The notes under the pieces: model-generated
The model's input: the letters and a program-made list of their open reading frames with translations, nothing else
What the model was told of the DNA's origin: nothing
Databases searched by the model: none
Shown: one piece after another, positions 30,043 through 39,487 of the stretch
Numbering within the stretch: position 1 is the first letter of the stretch
Layout: the number at the start of each line of letters is the position of its first letter
Program-made: the position numbers and the translations under genes
Source: Candidatus Bathyarchaeota archaeon
GTDB lineage: Archaea > Thermoproteota > Bathyarchaeia > Bathyarchaeales > Bathycorpusculaceae
NCBI GenBank assembly: GCA_963806535.1
Contig: CAWDYC010000007.1
Span: 1 to 64,000 of the forward strand
DNA: 64,000 bases
Direction of reading: 5' to 3'

Positions 30043-30888
30043 ATGTCGCCAGTGAAACCTATAAAAACTTTTAGGGATTTGCTGTCTTTCCTAACCATTA
30101 TTCCAGTTGGCGGAAAAGAAGATTTTATTTTCACCACAGCCGAAAATGTGTATCTTTTTCCATTGATCGGCGGCTTTATTGGGCTTTTGGCGGCAGCTTA
30201 CTTCGTTGGTTCAGGCTTTATTGTAAGGTTTGTGCTTGGTTGGGTGAATTCGGTTGTGGTATTGCCGACTGATTTTTTATCTAAGCTTGCAGTTGCCGCC
30301 ATGACTGTTGCGTTCTTATTGGTTATTACTGGGCTTCAACATTTTGACGGTTTAATCGATTTAGGTAACGCCGTCGGCCTTGGGAACCTGCATGACCGAA
30401 AAATGGTTGCGCATGCTTGGACTGTAACTTACTCAGGAGCAATACTTGCGATTATTGTGGAGTTTGCGGCTTTTTTGGGGTTATTTTTCATCTTCAGCCC
30501 ATTGCTTGCTTTCGGCGCAATAATCGCCGCTGAAGTCTCAGCTAAATTGGCGATGGTAACCATTATTTGGGTTGGAAAACCTACGCATAAAGGGTTAGGC
30601 TCAATTTTTCTGGCAAAAGCAAAAAAGAAATTAAATCTTATTGCATATGGACTTTCGGTTTTCATTGTTTACCCATTTTTCGCTTACGCACTCAGTCCAC
30701 TTCTGGGTTTAATCGGCGTTGCCGTGATGCTGGTGAGTATTCCAGTAGCGCTTGTGATGGAGAAAATTTCAGAAAGAGTCTTTTGGGGAGTTTCAGGCGA
30801 CACAATTGGGGCAACAAACGAGGTAGCTAGGGCAGCTACGCTTATTTTGCTTGCAGCCGTGTTTGCAATTTTGGCGGTGTTGAAGTGA
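30043..30888 (+). CDS. Divergent CobS-family membrane phosphotransferase (second copy)
   Basis: SFLTIIP, FPLIG, TGLQHFDGLIDLGN, GVSGDTIGATNE. Several canonical CobS residues are altered. Confidence 0.8.
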   Translation: MSPVKPIKTFRDLLSFLTIIPVGGKEDFIFTTAENVYLFPLIGGFIGLLAAAYFVGSGFIVRFVLGWVNSVVVLPTDFLSKLAVAAMTVAFLLVITGLQHFDGLIDLGNAVGLGNLHDRKMVAHAWTVTYSGAILAIIVEFAAFLGLFFIFSPLLAFGAIIAAEVSAKLAMVTIIWVGKPTHKGLGSIFLAKAKKKLNLIAYGLSVFIVYPFFAYALSPLLGLIGVAVMLVSIPVALVMEKISERVFWGVSGDTIGATNEVARAATLILLAAVFAILAVLK

Positions 30889-31508
30889 AAGTTCCTGCTT
30901 TGATTATGGCTGGTGGAAAAGGCACTCGCATGGGTCTGCCTTCAGAGAAGCCGCTTTTGTGCCTCTTAGGGAAACCTCTAGTTGATTGGGTTGCGGAAGC
31001 AGTTAGCAGTGCTCAAAACATTTCAGAATTTTATATCGTAACAAGCCCGAATACTCCTGAAACTGAGAAGCACTGCCAAGCGAAGGGATGGAAGATTTTG
31101 CGCACAGATGCCAAAGGTTACCATAACGACCTCAAACAGGCTACACAAACAGCTGGCTTGATGAGTCCAGTATTAACTGTTCCGGCGGATTCCCCCGCAG
31201 TTACAAATAGATTTCTCGATAAAATTATTAGCCAGTTTGAATCATGTGGGAAAGATTTCTATGCAGTTTTTGTTCCTATCAAAACCCGTGAAGAATTGGG
31301 TCTTTCAGTGGATTCTACCGATGAATACAATGGCGAATGGTACGCGGTTTCAGGAGTCAACATAGTTAATGGCAACAAAATCCAAGGTGAAGGCAAAATA
31401 GAAACAAGCGCATTAATTACAGAAGAAATTGAAGTTCTCCTAAATATTAATACGCTCAGAGATTTGGAAATCGCAGAAAAAATAATGCAAGACAGAAATT
31501 CAAGTTAA
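30885..31508 (+). CDS. CobY-like nucleotidyltransferase (second copy)
   Basis: MAGGKGTRM...EKPL, ADSP, GVNIV, NINTLRDL. Confidence 0.8.
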   Translation: MKVPALIMAGGKGTRMGLPSEKPLLCLLGKPLVDWVAEAVSSAQNISEFYIVTSPNTPETEKHCQAKGWKILRTDAKGYHNDLKQATQTAGLMSPVLTVPADSPAVTNRFLDKIISQFESCGKDFYAVFVPIKTREELGLSVDSTDEYNGEWYAVSGVNIVNGNKIQGEGKIETSALITEEIEVLLNINTLRDLEIAEKIMQDRNSS

Positions 31509-31594
31509 ATGGAAAGCAATATGGTTTTTAGAGAAATATTTAACATCCCAATCACCTAATCTAAAACAGTTGCAGTCTCAGGAGACCAATTTGG

Positions 31595-33022
31595 ATGAGT
31601 TTACTAAGTCACGATAGTTTCTGGAATGCAGTGATAACTCTGCCTATGACAAAAAAAATGCTGCAACTATCACTCAAAAAATGTCCCTCTTGCGGCAGAA
31701 CGGTTCTTGAAGCGGCATTAGACGATTATTCGGGAAAAACTGAGCGAAAATGCGAAAGCTGCAGTGGTTTTTACTCGCAAATTATTGGTTTCTGGGTTGA
31801 ATTCTTAAGGCGCAGTTTAAATTTTAAGCGGGAAAAAGTTGAGAAGCTTTTGGCTGACCCGTATGCAAGGCGGGCTGTGATGAATTTAACCAAGAGTTTT
31901 ACTTACATGGGAATTAAAAAGCCAATGTCCCTTTACGCGCCCTTCCTTATCGTTTGGGATTTTACCCATAAATGCAATTTGAAGTGCAAGCACTGCTACT
32001 CAAATAGCGGCGCAATCAGGGAAGAAGAATTGACAACGCAACAGGCTAAAGATGTGGTTGATCAAATTGCAGACGCTGGAGTTACGGCGCTTGCTTTTTC
32101 AGGTGGTGAACCCTTAACCCGAAGTGACTTTTTTGAGGTGGCCCGTTACGCAGCCGACCGGGGGCTCTACATATCCGTTGCCACAAATGGAACTCTCCTC
32201 ACCAAAGAAACGGTCCAAAAACTCAAAGCCGCCAAAGTCAATTATTTGGACATCAGCATTGACGGCGCATGCGCCAAAACACACGACGAATTCCGAGGAG
32301 TGCTAGGAGCGTTTGATAAAGCGGTCGCTGGTTTGAAGAATTGTATTGAAGCAGATCTATGTGTGTGCATAGCGACGACGGCGACAAAAAATAATCTTGA
32401 AGAAATGCCTGCAATAATTGATTTAGCTGAAGAGTTGGGAGCAGAGAGGTTTACTAACTTTAATTTTGTTCCAGCCGGCAGAGGAAAAGCACATTATGAA
32501 CAGGATCCGTCTCCTGAAGAACGGGAAAAACTTATGCGCTATTTGCTGGCGAGAATGTCTAAGGGATGCAAAACAACAATTCTTACAACCGCGCCTCAGT
32601 TAGCGCGCGTGGGTATTCAGTGTCAAGGAGAAATGGGTACGGGCGAGTTAACAATGTCTATGGCACACATGCAAACCGTTAAGGTAACGAAGAAAGCCAT
32701 TCCATTGGCAGATTTTATCGGCGGATGCGGCGCAGGACGATTGTATTGCTCACTCTCACCCCAAGGAGATGTTCACCCATGCGTCTTTCTACCAGTAAAT
32801 GTTGGCAACCTCAAAACGGAAAAATTCCAAGACATCTGGCTAAACGCACCACTCTTCAATGCTTTTAGAAACAGAGCAAACCTCAAAGGAGCATGCGGAA
32901 AATGCACATACAAATATATTTGTGGCGGCTGCAGAGCCCGTTCATCAGCATACCATAATGGTGACATGTTAAATTCCGACCCCGGCTGCATAATGGGAGT
33001 GAAAGGTGCCAAAAGTGCCTAA
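31595..33022 (+). CDS. Radical SAM/SPASM protein with N-terminal extension; resembles the family containing GMGT synthase (Gms)
   Basis: APFLIVWDFTHKCNLKCKHCY, FSGGEP, TTAPQ, LADFIGGCGAGRLYC, and SPASM C..C....CGGCRAR..DPGC. The Gms affinity is recalled, not searched. Confidence 0.75.
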   Translation: MSLLSHDSFWNAVITLPMTKKMLQLSLKKCPSCGRTVLEAALDDYSGKTERKCESCSGFYSQIIGFWVEFLRRSLNFKREKVEKLLADPYARRAVMNLTKSFTYMGIKKPMSLYAPFLIVWDFTHKCNLKCKHCYSNSGAIREEELTTQQAKDVVDQIADAGVTALAFSGGEPLTRSDFFEVARYAADRGLYISVATNGTLLTKETVQKLKAAKVNYLDISIDGACAKTHDEFRGVLGAFDKAVAGLKNCIEADLCVCIATTATKNNLEEMPAIIDLAEELGAERFTNFNFVPAGRGKAHYEQDPSPEEREKLMRYLLARMSKGCKTTILTTAPQLARVGIQCQGEMGTGELTMSMAHMQTVKVTKKAIPLADFIGGCGAGRLYCSLSPQGDVHPCVFLPVNVGNLKTEKFQDIWLNAPLFNAFRNRANLKGACGKCTYKYICGGCRARSSAYHNGDMLNSDPGCIMGVKGAKSA

Positions 33023-33971
33023 CCCACAAACAGTTAAAATTTTCCGTGCAAAAGACGACATAAGCGAAATTGTCAAGGAAGCCGTCGCTAATTCAGGGCT
33101 AAGAGGTAAACATAGAATTTTCATTAAGCCAAACTTAAGTCACCCAGAATATCTGCCAGGTGTAGTTACTAGTCCTGAATTGATGAAGCAACTCGTGGGT
33201 TTGTTGCGTGACGGAAATAGCGAGGTCATTGTGGGCGAATCAAACGGCTTCAACTATCCTTGCTGGACAGCCTTCGATAAAACAGGAGCCGAAGCCGCAG
33301 TCAAAGCTGCTGGCGGCAGTGTCATTAACCTATCCGAAGACAAAGTCGTTGAAGTAAAATTCCAAGGCAACACTCCCTTGAAACGGCTGTTTCTTCCCAA
33401 AACCATCCTCGAAGCCGATGCTGTGGTCGATTTGCCGTTGATGAAAACGCATGAATTTATGGCTTATAGTGGTGCCATCAAAAACCTTTTTGGTTGCGTT
33501 CCCAGCAACAAACGAATTTATTTACATCCTTACTTGCCTGAAGTTTTCTATCGCTTATACACTCTTTTCAATCCACAATTAACCATTATGGATGCAAGAA
33601 CAGGCATCGAAGGTAATGGACCTACTAAAGGCAAACCAGTCAGAATGGGGTTAATGTTGACTGGCAATGATGCGTTAGCCGTAGACATAATCGCTGCCAA
33701 AGTCATGATGCTTAACTGGAAAGAAACCTATCTGAACTACATCGCTAACAAAACTGGCATGCACGAAGACGACATCGGAGTTGAAGGTGTACCGATTGTC
33801 AAAGTTGAGCACAGGTTTGAGCCTCCACGGATTGATTTGCCAGTGAAAGCACAAATGTTGATTTATCAACATGAATACCTGACGAAAGTTTTCTTCTGCT
33901 CGCTAGACTTAGTTAAGTTGTTCCAGAAGGTAACGGTAGCTTATCGGGGCAAACCTATAGAAATCGGCTAA
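33006..33971 (+). CDS. DUF362 domain protein
   Basis: FIKPNL, T.PE, GES, P.MKTH, GAIKNLFG, MDA..G.EGNGP..G. Confidence 0.85.
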   Translation: MPKVPNPQTVKIFRAKDDISEIVKEAVANSGLRGKHRIFIKPNLSHPEYLPGVVTSPELMKQLVGLLRDGNSEVIVGESNGFNYPCWTAFDKTGAEAAVKAAGGSVINLSEDKVVEVKFQGNTPLKRLFLPKTILEADAVVDLPLMKTHEFMAYSGAIKNLFGCVPSNKRIYLHPYLPEVFYRLYTLFNPQLTIMDARTGIEGNGPTKGKPVRMGLMLTGNDALAVDIIAAKVMMLNWKETYLNYIANKTGMHEDDIGVEGVPIVKVEHRFEPPRIDLPVKAQMLIYQHEYLTKVFFCSLDLVKLFQKVTVAYRGKPIEIG

Positions 33972-35167
33972 CTTAGGGCTTGATCGTAGACTTTCATGGC
34001 GTCTTTGACAACTATGCGCCAGTCAAGTTGCTCCTCAACCGTTTTACGTGCTTTTTTGCCCATCTCCTCAGCCTCAACTGGATGTTCTAACAAATACAAG
34101 ATTCTATCCGAGAACTGCTTGGGATTGAAGGGTTCGACTAGAAATCCGTTTTTGCCGCTGTCAATGGTTTCTGGGATGCCTCCTACAGTGGTGGTGACGA
34201 CAGGTAAGCCAGTTGCTAATGCTTCCAACACGGCGAAGGGGTGATGCTCATAAAAGGTTGAGAACGCGAAGATGTCTGCGGCTTGGTAGAGTTTTGGCAG
34301 TTTCTTGTCTGGGTAGTAGCCTGTGAAGATGATGTTGTTTTTGACGCCGAGTTTCTCCGCGTGAGCGATTAATTTGTTCATTTCGTCGCTTTGTCCTTTA
34401 CCTGAAATGATGAATTTGACATTGCTAAAATGTTTTGTTACAGCGGGCATGCTTTCGATTAGGGTAAACAAGCCTTTGCGGGCATATAGTCGCCCAACGG
34501 AGACGATGGCTATGTCATTTGGGTTAAAGCCCAATTCGGCCTTGACCTTGCGTTTGTTAATGGCTGGCTTAAACTTGTTGATGTCAACGCCGTTGTGGAT
34601 GACCTGTATCTTGTTTGCAGGAATCTTGTAGTAATTTGTCAACTCCCACTTAGTGAAGTGGCTGACAGCGATTATTTTTCGTGCTCGCCTAAGCATGCCT
34701 TCTTCGAAGAAACGCAAAAACCAGTTAAAACTCACCAAAAACTTCTCGTTTGCGTTTAGACGGCTATAAGGTTCACCTCGAATGGCTTCAGCCTCGCCTT
34801 TCCATGTGGAGTGAACGGTACATACCAGGGCTTTTCCAAAGCTTGTTGGTACAGCAAAGTTGGGTGTCAAAGGCAGTTGGGGATGGGTAATATCCACATT
34901 TGCTGTGTTTCGAACGCTTTGGAGTTTGCGGTTGCTGGCGGCTGCGAGCATGAAGGATTTGACGATTGGAGTTCTTGGGATTTTCAGGAAGGAAACGTTG
35001 AGGTTAGGGTTTACTTGGATGTCTTGGGCTTGGTTTGAGCCTGTGACGACGTAAATTTTGTAGCCTTTCTTGAGAAGTTCGTTTGAGAGGTAGTAAACGT
35101 AGGAACCGGTTCCGCCTGTGAGCGGCCAGTACTCGGGTGAAATAAAACAAACTTTATGTGCCGTCAC
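33968..35167 (-). CDS. Glycosyltransferase family 4
   Basis: EYWP..GGTG.Y, IHNGVD, VGRL..RKG, E.HPFAVLEALA.GLPVV. Start at the GTG overlapping the upstream stop. Confidence 0.9.
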   Translation of the reverse strand: MTAHKVCFISPEYWPLTGGTGSYVYYLSNELLKKGYKIYVVTGSNQAQDIQVNPNLNVSFLKIPRTPIVKSFMLAAASNRKLQSVRNTANVDITHPQLPLTPNFAVPTSFGKALVCTVHSTWKGEAEAIRGEPYSRLNANEKFLVSFNWFLRFFEEGMLRRARKIIAVSHFTKWELTNYYKIPANKIQVIHNGVDINKFKPAINKRKVKAELGFNPNDIAIVSVGRLYARKGLFTLIESMPAVTKHFSNVKFIISGKGQSDEMNKLIAHAEKLGVKNNIIFTGYYPDKKLPKLYQAADIFAFSTFYEHHPFAVLEALATGLPVVTTTVGGIPETIDSGKNGFLVEPFNPKQFSDRILYLLEHPVEAEEMGKKARKTVEEQLDWRIVVKDAMKVYDQALS

Positions 35168-36153
35168 TTGTTCCTCCCAATCAAGTATTTTATTGTCGTG
35201 TTCGTTGCGCCAACAAACCACGCCGCCGCCCGTACAAAGTAAAGCACGAATAGACGCATCGCGGTCCAATCGTGAAACTTGACTGATATCTTAATCGCTG
35301 AATAAACAAAGTAAACCACCATCGCCAACAAGATTAAGCCTGAAACAACCCACAGCAAACGCAATATAGGTACGATACCCAAAATGAAAAACAAAATAAC
35401 GCCCAGAATCAACAAGGGTTGGATATTCATGCCTACATCCGTGATTTCGTCACCGCGAGCCAAGCGTCCGTGTTTAAAGTAGAGTTTTAGCGTATTTTTG
35501 CCATATTGCAGTTGCTGCCGATAAAATGCCTTCAAAGTGGGACGATTATAGTGATAACAGATGGCTTTAGGCTCGTACGCAATCTTGTAGCCCTTAGCAC
35601 TGATTCTAAAACCAAGGTCCGTGTCGTATTGGCTTGGCAAGTTTTCGTCCCATCCTCCGGCTTCTTCGACAACAGCTTTTTTCAGCAACAGATTCATTGT
35701 AGCTATACGGCCAGTGAATTTTCCAATTCTGCGATAACGGTTTCTAAGTTCATAGCCGATGCTTCGTGCCCATAGGTTGTCATAGTTCCATGTTTCTATG
35801 CTGCCGCTGACGCCTACCACTTGATGCTCGTTCAAGTGAGGCACAAGAAGCTTAAGCCATTGGGGCTGCACTTTGGCATCGGCATCTATAAAGCCTAAAA
35901 CCTCGTGTGAAGCGATTTTCATGGCGTAATTGTAAGCAGCTGGAGCGTTCAAGCGAATAGAAACCACCTTAACAGGGAGTTTTTCTGCAAGCTTAACTGT
36001 GGCATCTTTGGAGCCGCCATCCATCACTATAACTTCGATATAGCTCGCAGGATAATCAAGAGCCAAAACGGATTTGAGACATTCCTCTATGGTTTGCTCG
36101 CTGTTGTAAGCTGCAACTATAACTGAAACTTGAGGATACTCGTCGTCAGCCAC
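35164..36153 (-). CDS. Glycosyltransferase family 2 with C-terminal TM helices
   Basis: VSVIVAAYN, DGGSKD, FIDAD, GGWDE....DTDL..R, RQQLQYG, TMs. Start at GTG 36153. Confidence 0.88.
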   Translation of the reverse strand: MADDEYPQVSVIVAAYNSEQTIEECLKSVLALDYPASYIEVIVMDGGSKDATVKLAEKLPVKVVSIRLNAPAAYNYAMKIASHEVLGFIDADAKVQPQWLKLLVPHLNEHQVVGVSGSIETWNYDNLWARSIGYELRNRYRRIGKFTGRIATMNLLLKKAVVEEAGGWDENLPSQYDTDLGFRISAKGYKIAYEPKAICYHYNRPTLKAFYRQQLQYGKNTLKLYFKHGRLARGDEITDVGMNIQPLLILGVILFFILGIVPILRLLWVVSGLILLAMVVYFVYSAIKISVKFHDWTAMRLFVLYFVRAAAWFVGATNTTIKYLIGRNK

Positions 36154-36157
36154 CTGT

Positions 36158-36874
36158 TTAACCCTTCGCAAATGCTGAAAATATTGAAAGCAGAATTTTG
36201 AAGCCGTCAACCAAGGGATCAACGCCCGACCTACCGTAGGTTCGTTGCTCAAAGCTTATCGGCACCTCGGTTACACGAAATTTTTCCTTTGCTGTTTTTA
36301 CAAGCATTTCGGATTCGATTTCGTAAGTGCCAGAAGTAAGTTTCTGACTCTTTAGTACATCACTTTTCATGGCTCGATATCCCGATTGAGAATCAGTTAT
36401 GCCTACGCCTGTTAAAAGTTCGATGGAACCGTTGAATAGTTTTACGCCAAAGGCATTGAGTTTGCGTGCAGCCACTTTTTTGTGGTTCATGTATCTTGAT
36501 CCTATAACTAAGTCTGCTTTGTCTTTCAACACGGGCGCCAGCACTTCCGAAAGCTCTTCAGGCCGGTGTGAACCATCTGAGTCAATGGTTACTATTATGT
36601 CGCCATGTGCCTTGGAAAAGCCTGCCCTTAATGCATAGCCTTTGCCCATATGCTGCTTTAGCGTGTAGAGTTTTACACTTTGCCGTTTTGCAATCGCAAG
36701 CGACTTATCATAGGAGTGGTCGTCTACAACTATGATTTCATTTTTTAAGCCGGTTTGCTGGGCAGCCTCTTTTACGCGTTCAATAATGTCGCCTATTGTT
36801 GACTGCTCGTTGTAAACAGGAATTATTATTGAAAGCAGCATTTGCGAGGGGCTCATTTGACTTTTAGATGCCAA
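36158..36874 (-). CDS. Glycosyltransferase family 2 (DPM1-like)
   Basis: IIIPVYNE, VVDD.S.D, GKG.AL..G, DSDGSH.P, DSQSGYRA, E.PI....R..G.S. Confidence 0.9.
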   Translation of the reverse strand: MASKSQMSPSQMLLSIIIPVYNEQSTIGDIIERVKEAAQQTGLKNEIIVVDDHSYDKSLAIAKRQSVKLYTLKQHMGKGYALRAGFSKAHGDIIVTIDSDGSHRPEELSEVLAPVLKDKADLVIGSRYMNHKKVAARKLNAFGVKLFNGSIELLTGVGITDSQSGYRAMKSDVLKSQKLTSGTYEIESEMLVKTAKEKFRVTEVPISFEQRTYGRSGVDPLVDGFKILLSIFSAFAKG

Positions 36875-36920
36875 TGGAAGACCTTATAAAGTTTGGCACT
36901 GCAACCTTGTAAGCAGTTGA

Positions 36921-37496
36921 ATGGTTAGTTTGATGTCAAAGATGGAAGCCACTATGCAGACTAAAGTTTACTCTGACAGAAAAATCTGGTTTTCCATGTG
37001 GTTTCTGGGCGCAGTTGTTACTTTCGGCATAGTTTTTTTCCCCATGTTTTACCGCTTAGTTGACGGTAGGAACAGGCATTTTCAACATGAAAACGAACTT
37101 GAAAAACAGGTTGGTGAACGTTTAGAGAAACAGGGTAAGAAATCGCCACCAACAAGTAGCCGTTTTACGCGGATGAATGCGAAGGCGTGGGCAGTAAGCA
37201 TCATTCTTGTCGTGCCAGTTTTCATCATCGTTTATTTGTTATCAAGAGATTTGGCGGTTCACGAGCGAAATGAGGATGCGTTTCTTGCAGCTGCTTTTCC
37301 ACAGCGAATATTTATGCCTCAGACGATACCGATAAAAACATATGTTTTGGTCACAATTTGTACGTTGGGCGTTGGAGTTGTTTACTGGCTTTACAAGGTT
37401 GTTAACTTGTATAACGCTCACTATAAAGCAGAGTTGCAAGTGGAAAAAGAAATAGGTAGGCTAATGGAGGAAGAAAAAGCTGACGGGCACATGTAA
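36921..37496 (+). CDS. Small membrane protein (DUF4234-like)
   Basis: Repeated ..VT.GI....Y.L...N.H units with TMs. Confidence 0.6.
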   Translation: MVSLMSKMEATMQTKVYSDRKIWFSMWFLGAVVTFGIVFFPMFYRLVDGRNRHFQHENELEKQVGERLEKQGKKSPPTSSRFTRMNAKAWAVSIILVVPVFIIVYLLSRDLAVHERNEDAFLAAAFPQRIFMPQTIPIKTYVLVTICTLGVGVVYWLYKVVNLYNAHYKAELQVEKEIGRLMEEEKADGHM

Positions 37497-38598
37497 GGAA
37501 CATAGGTTTGTTAGTCACGGCGGAGATATCTGGGGTTTTAGCAGAAAATATAATGTGCCACTTGAAGATGTGCTTGAATTCAGCGGTCCCATCAATTTTC
37601 TTGGACCTTCGCCTAAAGCTGTTGAAGCTGTGAAACAGTATGCTAAACTTATCAAGTTTTATCCTGATCCTAACCCTGTAGAGTTCAAAATGGAAGTTGC
37701 AAAGTACGTGGGTCATGGCGTGGAGGAAGAAAACATTGTCTTAGGTAATGGCTCCATCGAACTAATCTACGCCATAACAGAAATTTTACCCAGAGGATTC
37801 AAAGCACTCATTCCAGTACCGTCGTTCAGCGAGTACGAAAAGGCTGCAATACGAGTTGGCGGAGAGGCAGTGTTTATCCAATTACCCGAAAGCTGCACTT
37901 TAGAAACAGAAAAAATCAAACGAGCAGTTACCGACAATACAAAAATTCTCTGCATTTGCAATCCTCATAGTCCATCAGGAACGCTCTACAGCAAAGAAAC
38001 ATTGCTTGACCTTCTTGATTTCTGCCACAAAAAAAATGTCATTTTCAGTGTAGATGAAAATTATATAGAATTTGCTGATAAAGGGCAAGAGACAACATTG
38101 GCAGGTTTGGTTAAAGACTACGAGAATCTTTTTGTTATTCGGTCAGTTACAAAATTCTACGGTATGGCAGGCATACGCTTAGGCTATGGCATAGCCGAAC
38201 CAAACCTCGTCAAGAAGCTTGAAAATGTCAGGATACCCTGGAGCATTAATAGTCTCGCAAGCTGCGCTACGCTTGCAGCATTTAATGATATTGATTTTAT
38301 TGAAAGCACAAAGAAAACAATATGCAAAGAACGAGCAGAGCTTGCAAAGAATCTAAACGAAATTGAAGGTTTGCAGGTTTACCCATCAGTGACAAATTTC
38401 CTGCTTGTAAGAATAACAAACCGAAAAATAACGTCCACAAAGCTCAAGGAACTACTCGCCAAAGAGCACATGCTAATCCGCGATTGCTGCACCTTCGTAG
38501 GCTTAGACGACAGCTACTTCAGAGTAACTGTAAGATCAGGCAAAGATAACCAGAAATTGGTACAATCTATAAAGCAAATACTGGGCAGTGTCAGTTAG
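37480..38598 (+). CDS. cobD: L-threonine-O-3-phosphate decarboxylase (PLP-dependent); probable CTG start
   Basis: HGGDIW..S lies in frame upstream of the track start; FSGPINFLGP, YPDP, GNGS.ELI, NP.SP.G, DE.Y, RSVTKFYGMAGIRLGY, IRDC..F.GL. Confidence 0.8.
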   Translation: MTGTCKEHRFVSHGGDIWGFSRKYNVPLEDVLEFSGPINFLGPSPKAVEAVKQYAKLIKFYPDPNPVEFKMEVAKYVGHGVEEENIVLGNGSIELIYAITEILPRGFKALIPVPSFSEYEKAAIRVGGEAVFIQLPESCTLETEKIKRAVTDNTKILCICNPHSPSGTLYSKETLLDLLDFCHKKNVIFSVDENYIEFADKGQETTLAGLVKDYENLFVIRSVTKFYGMAGIRLGYGIAEPNLVKKLENVRIPWSINSLASCATLAAFNDIDFIESTKKTICKERAELAKNLNEIEGLQVYPSVTNFLLVRITNRKITSTKLKELLAKEHMLIRDCCTFVGLDDSYFRVTVRSGKDNQKLVQSIKQILGSVS

Positions 38599-38602
38599 GA
38601 TT

Positions 38603-39451
38603 CTATTTTTTTGCTATCCAAAAACTCATTTCGGGGCTACCGATCAATTGATAAATCAAAGTCAAGGGGTTCCATATCCAAGTGCTGTTCTGATAATAAT
38701 CCGTTCTCTTCGAAAATTCAAAGCCTTCTTGTTTGAAAACCTCTTCGACACTTTTGTGGTTTAACGCATGTTCCTTTTTATGCCAATAATCAGAAAGCGA
38801 ATAATCTATCAATGGAACCTTTAACCCGATAATTTGGAAATACAAACTGTTGAGCAACGGGTTTGAATGAAAATAGATGCCTTTTATGAGGCTTGCCAAG
38901 CCGCTTTGTTCACTTTTCCAATATGACGGTGATGCTTCGTGGTCAACGTAGATTACGCCGCCCTTCTTGAGGAAAACGCTTAGGCCTTTAAGAGCAGATA
39001 TATAATCTGGAAAATGATGCAGAGCAGAGTAGCAAGTTATTAAATCAAATTTTCCAACGTTAAAATCGAGGTTTTCTACAGGGGAATTAATTATTGTTAA
39101 CTTTTTTGATTTTACGTATGCATTATATTTTGTTTGCAGAATAGCGCACATTTCAGGTGAAATATCTACAGCTACAACCCGATAGCCCATCTGCAAAAGC
39201 TTACCGGTTAAATTGCCTGTGCCCGCTCCAACATCAAGAGCAAACTTGTGGTTTTCAGCAACAAGTTTGTCTGCCATTATCAGTTTGTCACTTATTCTCT
39301 TCTGCTCTTTTTTACTATAAACTTCTGGATGGAGAGCTTCGTAGTATTTCGCTTCAGAGCGATGTACCTCAACGTTTGCTTGATGAATTTGATCTTTGAG
39401 ACTTGGGTTGTTTAGCAATCCGGTTTCCATCCAGCCAGAACAATTGGTCAC
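38603..39451 (-). CDS. Class I SAM-dependent methyltransferase
   Basis: LDVGAGTG, VDISPEM, FDLI...SALHH, LKKGG. Confidence 0.88.
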   Translation of the reverse strand: MTNCSGWMETGLLNNPSLKDQIHQANVEVHRSEAKYYEALHPEVYSKKEQKRISDKLIMADKLVAENHKFALDVGAGTGNLTGKLLQMGYRVVAVDISPEMCAILQTKYNAYVKSKKLTIINSPVENLDFNVGKFDLITCYSALHHFPDYISALKGLSVFLKKGGVIYVDHEASPSYWKSEQSGLASLIKGIYFHSNPLLNSLYFQIIGLKVPLIDYSLSDYWHKKEHALNHKSVEEVFKQEGFEFSKRTDYYQNSTWIWNPLTLIYQLIGSPEMSFWIAKK

Positions 39452-39487
39452 TATGTCCGTTTTGGAGTTTATATATTGTTTGAAAAC

